NCBI GenBank assembly: GCA_964637115.1
Contig: CAZWVL010000008.1
Span: 10,268 to 74,267, forward strand
Direction of reading: 5' to 3'
DNA from: an uncultured Methanosarcinales archaeon
Lineage (GTDB): Archaea; Nanobdellota; Nanobdellia; Woesearchaeales; ARS49
DNA: 64,000 bases
In this document: one piece after another, positions 38,337 through 47,792 of the stretch
How the letters are laid out: every line of letters begins with the position of its first letter
How positions within the stretch are numbered: position 1 is the stretch's first letter
Notes under the pieces: model-generated
Databases searched by the model: none
What the model saw: the letters and a program-made list of their open reading frames with translations, nothing else
Told to the model about the DNA's origin: nothing
Position numbers and translations under genes: made by a program

Positions 38337-38902
38337 ACTTACGCGACGTTCCGCCAGAAAATGAATTTGTACTAATCGGCGGAAGAAAAATCAAGAATAT
38401 CGCTGAATTAGGCAGAGAACTCAGGCAGATGAGCGATGACATGTTCGCGCATCACGTCACGGAACAGAAAAACGACTTTGCCAACTGGATAGAAAAGTGC
38501 GTAAAGGATGAAACATTGGGAATATTAGCACGAACGACAAAAGACAAGGAACGCATGGCAGCAATTGTTGAAAGAAGAATCAAAGAACTAACACAGCCAA
38601 AAATCATCAGAACCGCACAGCAGACAATGCAGCAGCCAAGCATTGTCAGAACAAAAAATGTGACCATGCTTAAGTTTGCGCACGAACAAATGCCTGCCAT
38701 AACAAAACCTCAAAAGCAAATAATACACACACCGCACAAAACGGTGCTCAAACTGCAGCACGAACAGCCATTAAAAACTGAAATTTACGTTCACGAGGTT
38801 AACAAACACCACCACGGGGCAGCATTGCTAATAGCGCATTTAGTGCTCGGGATTGTCGTAGGAGTAGCAATCGCTGCCCTGGTGCTGGCGTTTAATACAT
38901 AA
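38333..38902 (+). CDS. DUF5752-like protein with C-terminal TM
   Basis: FVLIGGRKIKNIAEL...FAHHV...KNDFANWIEK; C-terminal hydrophobic helix. Confidence 0.7.
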   Translation: MNLRDVPPENEFVLIGGRKIKNIAELGRELRQMSDDMFAHHVTEQKNDFANWIEKCVKDETLGILARTTKDKERMAAIVERRIKELTQPKIIRTAQQTMQQPSIVRTKNVTMLKFAHEQMPAITKPQKQIIHTPHKTVLKLQHEQPLKTEIYVHEVNKHHHGAALLIAHLVLGIVVGVAIAALVLAFNT

Positions 38903-38938
38903 CCTTTAAATGAATAAAAACAAAGAGGAAACAAAAAG

Positions 38939-39898
38939 ATGGTGTACGACGTTATCAGCGTAGGCGGAGCAAACATAGACGTATTCATCACTACAAAAAG
39001 CAAAGATGTAGAAATAGAAAAGATACACGCACACGAAGACGTGTGCATGCCCATCGGCGCCAAAATACTGATTGATACGCTTGTTACAGATACGGGAGGC
39101 TCAGGAGTCAACACCGCAACAGCATTCGCACGGCTCGGCTTGAAAGCAGCAGTTGTCAGCAAACTTGGACAAGATATGAATGCGGACGTAGTTCTGAACA
39201 AATTAAAAAAAGAAAAAATAGATTTCCTTGGAGTGAAAGCAGCGGGACACACAGGATACTCTGTAATTCTGTCAGGACTGCACAAGAATAGAACGATTCT
39301 CACGTTCAAAGGCAACAATAACTTGATGACAACAAAAGACATTCAATGGAAAAAACTCAAGACAAAATGGTTCTATTTTGGAACGCTGCTTGGACAGAGC
39401 TGGAAGACACAATGCGCGATTGCGCAATATGCAAAAAAGAACGGCATTAAACTTTTGTTTAACCCGTCACTCTACTTGGCAGAGAAAGGAATGAAATTCC
39501 TGAAGCCAATACTTGACGCGTGCACAGTACTCATCCTGAACAAAGAAGAAGCACAGGCGCTTACCGGCATGAAGGGATATACCAAGCAAATCCTGGAAAG
39601 ACTGCAGAAACACGTCCCTATCGTAGTCATTACAGACGGACCAAGAGGAGCGCTCGCGTACAACGGAATCCAACACTATTCAATCGTTCCAAAAGACGTG
39701 CCAATTGCCGACACAACAGGAGCAGGAGACTCATTTGCAAGCGCTTTCCTGGCAGCACTGATTGATGGACAAGACATTCCGACTGCTTTAAAATGGGGAG
39801 CTGCAGAAGCAAACAGCGTTATACAGCACTACGGCGCGACTAATATTCTGCTCAACAAAAAAGAAATTGTAAAACAATCAAATAACGCGGAGGCATAA
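38939..39898 (+). CDS. PfkB/ribokinase-family carbohydrate kinase
   Basis: GGSGVNTA, NKEEA, VITDGPRG, DTTGAGDSF. Confidence 0.9.
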   Translation: MVYDVISVGGANIDVFITTKSKDVEIEKIHAHEDVCMPIGAKILIDTLVTDTGGSGVNTATAFARLGLKAAVVSKLGQDMNADVVLNKLKKEKIDFLGVKAAGHTGYSVILSGLHKNRTILTFKGNNNLMTTKDIQWKKLKTKWFYFGTLLGQSWKTQCAIAQYAKKNGIKLLFNPSLYLAEKGMKFLKPILDACTVLILNKEEAQALTGMKGYTKQILERLQKHVPIVVITDGPRGALAYNGIQHYSIVPKDVPIADTTGAGDSFASAFLAALIDGQDIPTALKWGAAEANSVIQHYGATNILLNKKEIVKQSNNAEA

Positions 39899-39899
39899 A

Positions 39900-40814
39900 A
39901 TGTTGGTAACACTCAAAAAAATCCTGAAAGAAGCAAACAAAGGCACGTACGCAGTCGGAGCATTCAACATAAACAACATGGAAATCGCGCAGGCAGCAAT
40001 TAATGCAGCTGTTGCGCAGAAATCACCAGTCATTCTGCAAACATCTGAAGGAGCAATTGCGTATGCAGGAACGGAATACCTGAAAGCACTCGCATATGCT
40101 GCAGCAAAACAAAAAGTTCCTGTTGCATTGCACTTAGACCACGGACGAGACATGGATATTATCAAGAAATGCATCAAAGCGGGCTGGACCGGGATAATGT
40201 ACGACGGCAGCCACCTGCCATTCGAAGAAAATATCAAGAATACCAAAAAAGTGGTGCAATGGGCGCACAAGGCAGGCATCGGAGTAGAAGGAGAACTCGG
40301 CACAATCGGCGGAGCAGAAGAGAAAATCATTGCACGCGAAATAGTCTACACTGATCCAGTTGCTGCTGTAGAATTTGTAAAGAAAACTGGAGTTGATGCT
40401 CTTGCTGTCGCAATCGGAACGTCTCACGGTGCATACAAGTTTGAAGGAACAGCACGTTTGGACATACATTTATTGAAAGTCATCAAGGAAAAATTGCAGA
40501 TGCCTTTAGTGCTGCATGGTGCATCCGGAGTACCGGCATGGCTGGTAACGCAAGCAGTCAGATATGGAGCAGAACTAGGCAAGCCAGAAGGAGTGCCAGA
40601 TGATCAGATACGCATTGCAGTGCAATCAGGAATCAACAAAGTCAACACTGATACTGATTTAAGATTAGCTTTTGACGCCGCAGTCAGGCAGTTCCTGAAG
40701 GAAAAACCGTCAGACTTTGATCCAAGACACATTTTAGCGCCTGCGCGCACTTTAATGCAGCAGATTATCGAACACAGAATACAATTGTTCGGGAGCAATG
40801 GAAAAGCGTTATGA
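39900..40814 (+). CDS. fba: Class II fructose-1,6-bisphosphate aldolase
   Basis: LHLDHG, VEGELG, AIGTSHGAYK, LVLHGASG, KVNTDTD. Confidence 0.95.
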   Translation: MLVTLKKILKEANKGTYAVGAFNINNMEIAQAAINAAVAQKSPVILQTSEGAIAYAGTEYLKALAYAAAKQKVPVALHLDHGRDMDIIKKCIKAGWTGIMYDGSHLPFEENIKNTKKVVQWAHKAGIGVEGELGTIGGAEEKIIAREIVYTDPVAAVEFVKKTGVDALAVAIGTSHGAYKFEGTARLDIHLLKVIKEKLQMPLVLHGASGVPAWLVTQAVRYGAELGKPEGVPDDQIRIAVQSGINKVNTDTDLRLAFDAAVRQFLKEKPSDFDPRHILAPARTLMQQIIEHRIQLFGSNGKAL

Positions 40815-40930
40815 AATGCGTAGAAAACCAATACAAAATGCACGCATTTCATAACGTGCTCGGAAATCGCTTTCAACAATCATCAAACCAAGAGGTGAAT
40901 GGTTTCGCACATGCGATTTCCGACACGTGA
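40807..40930 (+). repeat. REP-like double hairpin carrying a 39-codon bridging ORF (40811-40930)
   Basis: 15-bp stem 40807-40821/40842-40856; bulged stem 40854-40870/40913-40928. Confidence 0.7.
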
Positions 40931-41241
40931 AGCCGATTTTAGTATATATTACTGTGCCAGATGAAAAGGACGCGGAAATGATAGGCGCAGCATTGGTAAA
41001 GAAAAAACTAGCTAGCTGCGTGAACATTATTTCTAACATTCACTGCCAGTATATCTGGAAAGGAAAATTCCAGCACGATAAGGAAGCAGTAATGATGGTG
41101 AAGACTTTTGACACGAAATACAAAGCATTGGAGAAAGTCGTTAAGAAAATTCATTGTTATGAAAATCCGTGCATTGTTGCAATGCCGATAACAAAAGGAA
41201 GCAAAGAATATCTATCTTGGAGTAGGAGGGCAGTAAAATGA
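40927..41241 (+). CDS. cutA: Divalent-cation tolerance protein CutA
   Basis: LVKKKLASCVN, YIWKG, IHCYENPCIV. Confidence 0.9.
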   Translation: MKPILVYITVPDEKDAEMIGAALVKKKLASCVNIISNIHCQYIWKGKFQHDKEAVMMVKTFDTKYKALEKVVKKIHCYENPCIVAMPITKGSKEYLSWSRRAVK

Positions 41242-41753
41242 CTTTTTGGAGAACTTTAGAATATACACTAATCTGTATGCTTTTGTTTAGCGTAATACTC
41301 TCATTATCATTCATGGAAATACGCACATTTTTTATCATAGTGAGTTTGCTTGCAGGACTGGTCTTCTACTATCTTTTCAAAGAAATGCCAACAGATGAAG
41401 CAATGCAAGAAATCAGCATTGTCTACATTCCAGCATCCATCGTGGTTATCATTGAAGGCATGTTTACAAATCTGATGAAATATACTATTGAAACGGCAGC
41501 ATCATTACGACCCGATCCTCAAATTGGATCGCTTGCGACGATATTTGCACAAAGAAACATAATATTCGAGCTAATAGTACTTCTAGTCGGACTTTTCGGC
41601 CCATTCATAGCATTCAAGCTGTTAAAAGCCCAACAAATAGAATACAAAAGACTTATTTGGAATATTGCAGCCGTATTCATCGCATACTTAATCGCCCTTC
41701 TTATTGTTACCTTTGTCATCATGCCCAGATTGATAGGAGGAGCGCCATTATGA
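41238..41753 (+). CDS. Multi-TM hypothetical protein
   Basis: About five hydrophobic helices; ATGA coupling on both sides. Confidence 0.65.
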   Translation: MTFWRTLEYTLICMLLFSVILSLSFMEIRTFFIIVSLLAGLVFYYLFKEMPTDEAMQEISIVYIPASIVVIIEGMFTNLMKYTIETAASLRPDPQIGSLATIFAQRNIIFELIVLLVGLFGPFIAFKLLKAQQIEYKRLIWNIAAVFIAYLIALLIVTFVIMPRLIGGAPL

Positions 41754-42193
41754 AACAAACAGTGCACATAGGAGCAGACCACGCAGGATTTGTATTAAAA
41801 GAACACCTGAAGAAGTTCTTGCAGAAGAAAGGCTACACTGTGAAAGATTTGGGAGCACACAAACTCATCAAAGGAGACGATTATCCAGATTATGCAGAAA
41901 AAGTTGCGAAAGCCATCCAGAGAGGAGGAAAAGGAATACTTCTTTGCGGTTCAGCAGAAGGAATATGCATAGCAGCAAACAAATTCAGAAAAATCAGGGC
42001 AGTACCAGTCTGGACGCTGCAAAATGCGAAATTAAGCAGACAGGACAATGACGCGAACATATTGTGCCTGAGCGGATGGGAGCTTTCAAAGAAAAAAGCA
42101 GAACAGATTTCATTAACTTGGCTGAAAACGCCATTTTCAGGAGAAAAAAGGCACGTTCGAAGAATCAAGAAGATAGCGAGATTGGAAAGATGA
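41750..42193 (+). CDS. rpiB: Ribose-5-phosphate isomerase B
   Basis: GADHAG, DYPD, LCGSAEG, IAANK, DNDANIL. Confidence 0.93.
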   Translation: MKQTVHIGADHAGFVLKEHLKKFLQKKGYTVKDLGAHKLIKGDDYPDYAEKVAKAIQRGGKGILLCGSAEGICIAANKFRKIRAVPVWTLQNAKLSRQDNDANILCLSGWELSKKKAEQISLTWLKTPFSGEKRHVRRIKKIARLER

Positions 42194-42804
42194 CAGAGAT
42201 AATTCCAGGAATACTGGTGCACACACTGAAAGAACTCAAGCAAAAACTGCACTTATTGAGCTGGGCAAAAAAAGTGCATATTGACATAATGGACGGTAAG
42301 TTCGTTCCAAACAGGACAATATCGGCATTAACACTGAAGAAGGCAATACCTAAGATGGACATGCAAATACATTTGATGGCGTACAAACCACACAAATACG
42401 TGAACATTTTTTCAAGAATGGGAGCAAAAGAATTGATCATTCATGCAGAAGCGTCAAAAGAGACGCCAAAAGTGCTTGAATACATCCGCGAAAAAGGAAT
42501 GAAAGCAGGAATTGCATTCAACCCAGAAACAAAAATAGGACAGCACGCGCTTATTCATGCAGATTTGGCGCTCGTGATGACGGTGCATCCAGGATTCAGC
42601 GGGCAGACGTTTTTGAAAACGCCTGTACGAAAGATTGCAGAGATAAAAAATCACAATCCACTGCTTCAAGTGGGTGTTGACGGAGGAATTAATTCGCAAA
42701 CGTGCAGATTTGTCAAAGAAGCAGATTTTGCTATTGCAACACACGCTGTTATAGAAGCAGAAGAACCAAGAAAAGCGTGGCTTGAACTCAAAAAAAGATG
42801 TTAA
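42190..42804 (+). CDS. rpe: Ribulose-phosphate 3-epimerase
   Basis: HIDIMDGKFVPN, HLM, MTVHPGFSGQ, VDGGIN. Confidence 0.92.
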   Translation: MTEIIPGILVHTLKELKQKLHLLSWAKKVHIDIMDGKFVPNRTISALTLKKAIPKMDMQIHLMAYKPHKYVNIFSRMGAKELIIHAEASKETPKVLEYIREKGMKAGIAFNPETKIGQHALIHADLALVMTVHPGFSGQTFLKTPVRKIAEIKNHNPLLQVGVDGGINSQTCRFVKEADFAIATHAVIEAEEPRKAWLELKKRC

Positions 42805-42805
42805 A

Positions 42806-43543
42806 ATGGACTTACAGAAAAAAGCAAACATAATCCGGCAAGACATTATCAGAATGATAAGCCGGGCAGGCAAAGGAAACACGGCGCCAAACTTGGGCAT
42901 GGCAGACATATTTGCCACACTATATTTCGGAGCGTTAAAACACAATCCAAGACAACCAAAATGGGAAGAGCGCGACAGACTATTTGCAGCAGGCCAATAT
43001 TCACCAGCCTGGAGAACAACATTAGCGCATTCTGGATATTTCGCAAAAAAAGACTTGTTTCAAGGGAGCCAGCACACCATGCCAGGAAGCCTTGGCTTGG
43101 CTGTCGGCAGCGCGCTCGCAGCCCAAATAGACGGCAAAGAACACCAAACTTACTGCATCTTAAGCGACCACGACCTGCACAAAGGAGAAGCGTGGGAAGC
43201 ACTATTATTAGCGGGAAAACATAAACTTGCAAATCTAACTCTCATAATCGACAGAAGCAATATGCAATCAGACGGATATATTGAGAACATAATGCCTCTT
43301 GAGCCATTGCGCAGCAAACTTGAATCATTCAACTGGAACGCCATTGAAGTAGACGGCCACAACCACCAGCATATCAAAGAGGCAATAACAGAAGCCAAAA
43401 ATTCGCATAAACCAACAGTAATTCTTGCCCACATCATACCCGGAAAAGGAGTTAATTTCATTGAGAACAAAACTGAATGGTACGAAAAACCTCCAACAAA
43501 AGAAGAAGAAAGCGCAGCATTAACAGAGTTACAAAAACAATGA
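42806..43543 (+). CDS. Transketolase N-terminal subunit homolog with degenerate active site
   Basis: Transketolase scaffold present (LGMADIF, ERDR, WEA, VDGHN, PGKGV) but the catalytic His positions and GDG motif are altered. Confidence 0.85.
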   Translation: MDLQKKANIIRQDIIRMISRAGKGNTAPNLGMADIFATLYFGALKHNPRQPKWEERDRLFAAGQYSPAWRTTLAHSGYFAKKDLFQGSQHTMPGSLGLAVGSALAAQIDGKEHQTYCILSDHDLHKGEAWEALLLAGKHKLANLTLIIDRSNMQSDGYIENIMPLEPLRSKLESFNWNAIEVDGHNHQHIKEAITEAKNSHKPTVILAHIIPGKGVNFIENKTEWYEKPPTKEEESAALTELQKQ

Positions 43544-44646
43544 AAACAAGCAAAGACGGATACGCAGAAGCACTTACAGAGCTCGCCAAACAAAAAGAAG
43601 ACATGGTTGTGCTAAGCGCAGATACTGCTCTGAAAACAGGCATCAAGCATTTTGCCGACAAGCACCCAAACAGATTCATCCAGTGCGGCAAGGCATCACA
43701 AAATATGATGAGCGTAGCAGCAGGAATGGCAATGGAAGGCAAAATAGCGTTTGCAACAGGCTGCATAACAATGGGAAAAAACTGGGACCAGATACGAATG
43801 ATAGCACACGAAAGATTAAACGTCAAAATTGTAGATGCAGACGAAACACTCGAGGATACTGCATTAGCACGCGCACTGCCAGCCATGACCATAATTATTC
43901 CAGCAGACTACAATGAAGCAAGGAAAGCAACCCTGGCAGCAGGAACAATGAAAGGTCCTGTGTATCTAAAGCTGACAAATAATTCATCCGTAACCACTGA
44001 AAAAACGCCATTCACAATAGGCAGAGTAGAAATACTGCGCGCAGGAAAAGACTGCACCATACTGGCGTGCGGTTCAGCAGTAAAGGAAGCACTGCTCGCT
44101 GCTGAAAGACTTGCACAACAAGAAATAGAATGCACCGTGCTTAACTGCCACACAATACAGCCGATAGACAAACACGCAATAATCAGCAGTGCACGCATAA
44201 CTGGATGCATTGTTGCAGCAGCAGAAAGCAATGCACTTGGAAGCATAACAGCAGAAATAATAAGCCAGAACTCGCCAGTGCCCTTTCGCACAGCACCAGC
44301 AGAGCAATCAAACATTGCCAGAGCAGCCAAAGAAGCAGTACTGCTAAAATGCGAAGGTGTTTGCCCAGAAATCCCTGAAGAACACGGCAAACTACTCGTT
44401 TCCCAAATTCATCCAGAATCATACTTCAAACTGCACGGCGGCGGAACAATCAAAAGCATACCAGGATTAAAGAAAGCACTATTGGAAATGAACAACGAAA
44501 CATTCTCGCACCACTGCAACGAACACAAAAACGACTTCAGCATATGGGTAGAAGACGTTTTCAAAGAACCAACACTCGCACACCAGATTGAAAAAACAAA
44601 AACACGCGTTGGAATGGCACTAACCATCACAAGGTGGCTGATGTGA
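43540..44646 (+). CDS. Transketolase C-terminal subunit homolog (degenerate) fused to a DUF5752-like domain
   Basis: HPNRF, QNMMSVAAG, GPVYLKL, NCHTIQPID; C-terminal FKLHGGGTIKSI...FSHHC...KNDFSIWVEDVF. Confidence 0.85.
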   Translation: MKTSKDGYAEALTELAKQKEDMVVLSADTALKTGIKHFADKHPNRFIQCGKASQNMMSVAAGMAMEGKIAFATGCITMGKNWDQIRMIAHERLNVKIVDADETLEDTALARALPAMTIIIPADYNEARKATLAAGTMKGPVYLKLTNNSSVTTEKTPFTIGRVEILRAGKDCTILACGSAVKEALLAAERLAQQEIECTVLNCHTIQPIDKHAIISSARITGCIVAAAESNALGSITAEIISQNSPVPFRTAPAEQSNIARAAKEAVLLKCEGVCPEIPEEHGKLLVSQIHPESYFKLHGGGTIKSIPGLKKALLEMNNETFSHHCNEHKNDFSIWVEDVFKEPTLAHQIEKTKTRVGMALTITRWLM

Positions 44647-45326
44647 AAATAGCCGTCTATGGAAAAACACCGGAAAGCAAAATAGAACTGCTAAAAGCAG
44701 CCAAGAAAGCAGGATTTACTTATGATGAGAAAAAGCCAGACTTAGTCATTTCTTACGGCGGAGACGGAACTTTCCTCTGGGCGGAAAGAAAATACCCAGG
44801 AATTGCAAAAGCGCTTTTCAGATACAGCAAAGTCTGCAAAAAATGCCACAACCTGCCAATCGATCATGCACTTTCGCTCATCAAAAAGAAAAAATACAAG
44901 ATAATAACTCACAACAAACTCGAAGCAAGAGTTGACAAGACAACATTGCTGGCGACAAACGACATTGTTGTCAGAAATGCCATGCCAACCCACGCAATAC
45001 GATTCAAACTTGAAATAAACGGCAAAAAAATCAATGAAGAGTTTATCGGCGACGGCATTGTAGCAGCCACGCCATTCGGCTCAACAGCCTATTTCCACAG
45101 CATTACCAAAAAAACGTTTGAAAAAGGCATTGGAATTGCTTTCAACAATACCACAGTGCTGCAAAAACCGCTTTTATTACCGGAAAAAGCACGCGTACTG
45201 CTGACATTAACACGCGGAGAAGCATTCGTAGTAGGAGACAATGAGCCAAGAATGATCGTATTAACACCTGGAAAAAGCGTTACGATAAAAACAAGCCAAC
45301 AAAAAGCAAAACTGTTATCTTTCTAA
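44634..45326 (+). CDS. nadK: NAD kinase
   Basis: GGDGT, ND, GDGIVAATPFGSTAY. Confidence 0.88.
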   Translation: MADVKIAVYGKTPESKIELLKAAKKAGFTYDEKKPDLVISYGGDGTFLWAERKYPGIAKALFRYSKVCKKCHNLPIDHALSLIKKKKYKIITHNKLEARVDKTTLLATNDIVVRNAMPTHAIRFKLEINGKKINEEFIGDGIVAATPFGSTAYFHSITKKTFEKGIGIAFNNTTVLQKPLLLPEKARVLLTLTRGEAFVVGDNEPRMIVLTPGKSVTIKTSQQKAKLLSF

Positions 45327-45943
45327 ATAGACTTAATTGCAGGCGGCGCGACCATCTTGGCGCCCTTAGCAGGCGGATTAAAGTAGTTCGCCTCAGGAAT
45401 CTGGCCAACAAGCACGACAGGGCCAGGAGAGACGTCCCAGTCGTCAGCCGGCTCCAAAGTCACTTCAACAAAATCATACGGGTCAAGATAATTGTCAACA
45501 TGATAATCAAGCTGGCCAACACCGCCAAAGCCCGTCACGAACGTGCCAAGCGACAAACGATAGCCAGAATCAACGTCAACAAGCCACACTTCAAATTGCG
45601 AATCAGTCTGGTCTGAAGCAGGAATGTCTTTTGTTTTTACCTGCACTTGGGCGCGCGGGTAACCATACCAAGTAACACTCTTGATTTTTGCAGAACCACG
45701 GGCATACATAGGAGCATAACCTCCTCTGCCCACACCCTTGTAGTCTTCAACACCAGGCGGGCCAAGATAGGCAACAGTATCAATCGTTTGGAAATTCACT
45801 CTCGGATCATAATGAGTAACGCGCTGCACACCACCAGTACCATACTTGCGAGGACTGGTAAGAGGAGATTTATACGTATGCAATGCCACGACCGACAAGC
45901 TCAAAATTGCAAGCAATGCCAGGACAATCAGTATTTTCCTCAT
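45323..45943 (-). CDS. Secreted protein with RskA C-terminal-like domain
   Basis: Signal peptide; FEVWLVD...LSLGTF...VEVTLEP...SPGPVVLVG. Confidence 0.65.
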   Translation of the reverse strand: MRKILIVLALLAILSLSVVALHTYKSPLTSPRKYGTGGVQRVTHYDPRVNFQTIDTVAYLGPPGVEDYKGVGRGGYAPMYARGSAKIKSVTWYGYPRAQVQVKTKDIPASDQTDSQFEVWLVDVDSGYRLSLGTFVTGFGGVGQLDYHVDNYLDPYDFVEVTLEPADDWDVSPGPVVLVGQIPEANYFNPPAKGAKMVAPPAIKSI

Positions 45944-46764
45944 CTTAACCTCGGATAATAATCAGGCGGTGTTCTTATCTCAGTGCGCGCCGGGTTGATA
46001 ACTCCTGACAATACAATCGTATGAGGACTTGGATCCATACTTGGGAACGGCTCCCTTGTAATCCAAACCTCATCAAACATATGCGCCAAGCGGGGAATTT
46101 GAGTAACCATCTGCAATGTGGGAGGCAGGGTGCTTTTCAAAACGCCAAGGTTCAATGCGTATTCAGTTTCATAATCAAACAACCAAGCCATGTAGATTTC
46201 GTTTTCATCCAATGGCTCAAGATAAAGAGCCTGAATGAAAATCTGGGTTCGCGGATGCGGCTTATTCAGACCAGCACCATACTCATTTCCAGTGCTGAAC
46301 ACTCTTGCCGTGCCTTTACCCATAGTTGGCTCAGTCCCGATAATCTGCTCCACAGGACTGTAAGGAAGCAATTCAACGCTTCTATCCAAGCGCGGATAGC
46401 CACGCACTTTAGGATCCCAGTTGCTGATGTGAGCAGGGTCACGACCCTGGTTTGAAAGCGAGTTGGAATCAAAGTTGAAAACTGATGAGAATGCGCTCTT
46501 GCTGCCTGTCTGCGTCAGACGATCAGTCGGACCCTTGGAACCGAAGTTTTGAAATGGTTTAACGTAGCCAGTGCCAAAGTAACGGTCACGCGTATAAGGA
46601 TCATAAATTCTTCTGTCTCTGGCAATCTGGCCAGTGTAACTGTCAATATTGTTATCGTAGACTTGATAGTTGTGAATAGCGAGAACTGAGCCGACCAATA
46701 AGAGCGCTACAAGAATAGCACTGGCAAATCTGTTCACAATATACACCTCTTTCAGCTCAATCAT
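45940..46764 (-). CDS. Secreted protein with RskA C-terminal-like domain (paralog)
   Basis: Signal peptide; YMAWLFD...LNLGVL...VWITREP...SPHTIVLSG. Confidence 0.6.
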   Translation of the reverse strand: MIELKEVYIVNRFASAILVALLLVGSVLAIHNYQVYDNNIDSYTGQIARDRRIYDPYTRDRYFGTGYVKPFQNFGSKGPTDRLTQTGSKSAFSSVFNFDSNSLSNQGRDPAHISNWDPKVRGYPRLDRSVELLPYSPVEQIIGTEPTMGKGTARVFSTGNEYGAGLNKPHPRTQIFIQALYLEPLDENEIYMAWLFDYETEYALNLGVLKSTLPPTLQMVTQIPRLAHMFDEVWITREPFPSMDPSPHTIVLSGVINPARTEIRTPPDYYPRLR

Positions 46765-46835
46765 AGAAAGCGAGCTTTATAAATGTTGTGTATGCCCCGT
46801 ATAGCCTAATTGTTAGTCACTTCATAGTAGTAAAA

Positions 46836-47135
46836 ATGGAAAGGTTTATATATGGCAATGCTCTAAAACAGAGCATGGACCGACTAGAATACAGCCACCA
46901 GCTTGCACACCAAGATATGCAAGAACGCATCAGAAGCAATGAACTAAAAGAGTCTAAAAGGAAAGTTGCGGGAGCTGGCAGACTATTCAAAGACTTGTAT
47001 GAACTACACAAATTGCACGAGCTCGGAATTGCACCGCAAATACCACCACTGCATCCGGAAAACAAGAACAGCCCTCCAACATCTTACGAACTGCTCAATC
47101 GGCGCTGGATGGAGCTCATGAAACACTTCATGTAG
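46836..47135 (+). CDS. Hypothetical protein
   Basis: Likely start MERF at 46836; followed by GGAGG SD of the next gene. Confidence 0.5.
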   Translation: MERFIYGNALKQSMDRLEYSHQLAHQDMQERIRSNELKESKRKVAGAGRLFKDLYELHKLHELGIAPQIPPLHPENKNSPPTSYELLNRRWMELMKHFM

Positions 47136-47144
47136 GAGGCCAAA

Positions 47145-47792
47145 ATGAACACCCCACGACAGCCTTGGGAACAAGACCCAGACAAATGGAAAGGAAAGCC
47201 AGAACACCACTCATTTTCCACGATGCGCTCTAAAGATGTCGGCAGACTGACTGAAAGAAACAGGAAGTCAGTTCTTGACTTGCTCACGATAAATGACGTT
47301 GAACTGCCGCAATTAATTGCTGAAGGAAAAGTAAAACCTAAAACAGTCGTCACGTACTCACGCGTTGAATGGGGTGTTGAAGGAAACAAAGTAGTTCCCG
47401 TAAGTGAAACAATACTTGCACGCGCAAACCTGTATGACTTATCGCAATGGGGCAAAACACACTGCATTGGCGTCGGCAGATATCAGGAGAATTTGTTCAA
47501 GCCGTGCACAAACGAAAATGGTGTAGATAGACTCATCTCACGAGAACACGGATTAGTATTGCTTATCAAAGATGGAAAAAGAAAACCTGGCATGCATTAC
47601 CACGACATCGGCACACAACATAAAGGAAGCACAAATGGCAGCTACCTCAATGACAATTTCGGCGTTCATAACCTAGTCATGCCCTGGGAAGAAGGGGATT
47701 ACATAAGCATGGGCAATTACCGCATACTTGAAAATAAAAACGTCAGAAACTTCAGACTGCGCTACAAGACACTGGGTGAAAAGGATGTATAA
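47145..47792 (+). CDS. FHA domain protein
   Basis: IGVGR, ISREH, DIG...GSTNG FHA signature. Confidence 0.75.
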   Translation: MNTPRQPWEQDPDKWKGKPEHHSFSTMRSKDVGRLTERNRKSVLDLLTINDVELPQLIAEGKVKPKTVVTYSRVEWGVEGNKVVPVSETILARANLYDLSQWGKTHCIGVGRYQENLFKPCTNENGVDRLISREHGLVLLIKDGKRKPGMHYHDIGTQHKGSTNGSYLNDNFGVHNLVMPWEEGDYISMGNYRILENKNVRNFRLRYKTLGEKDV

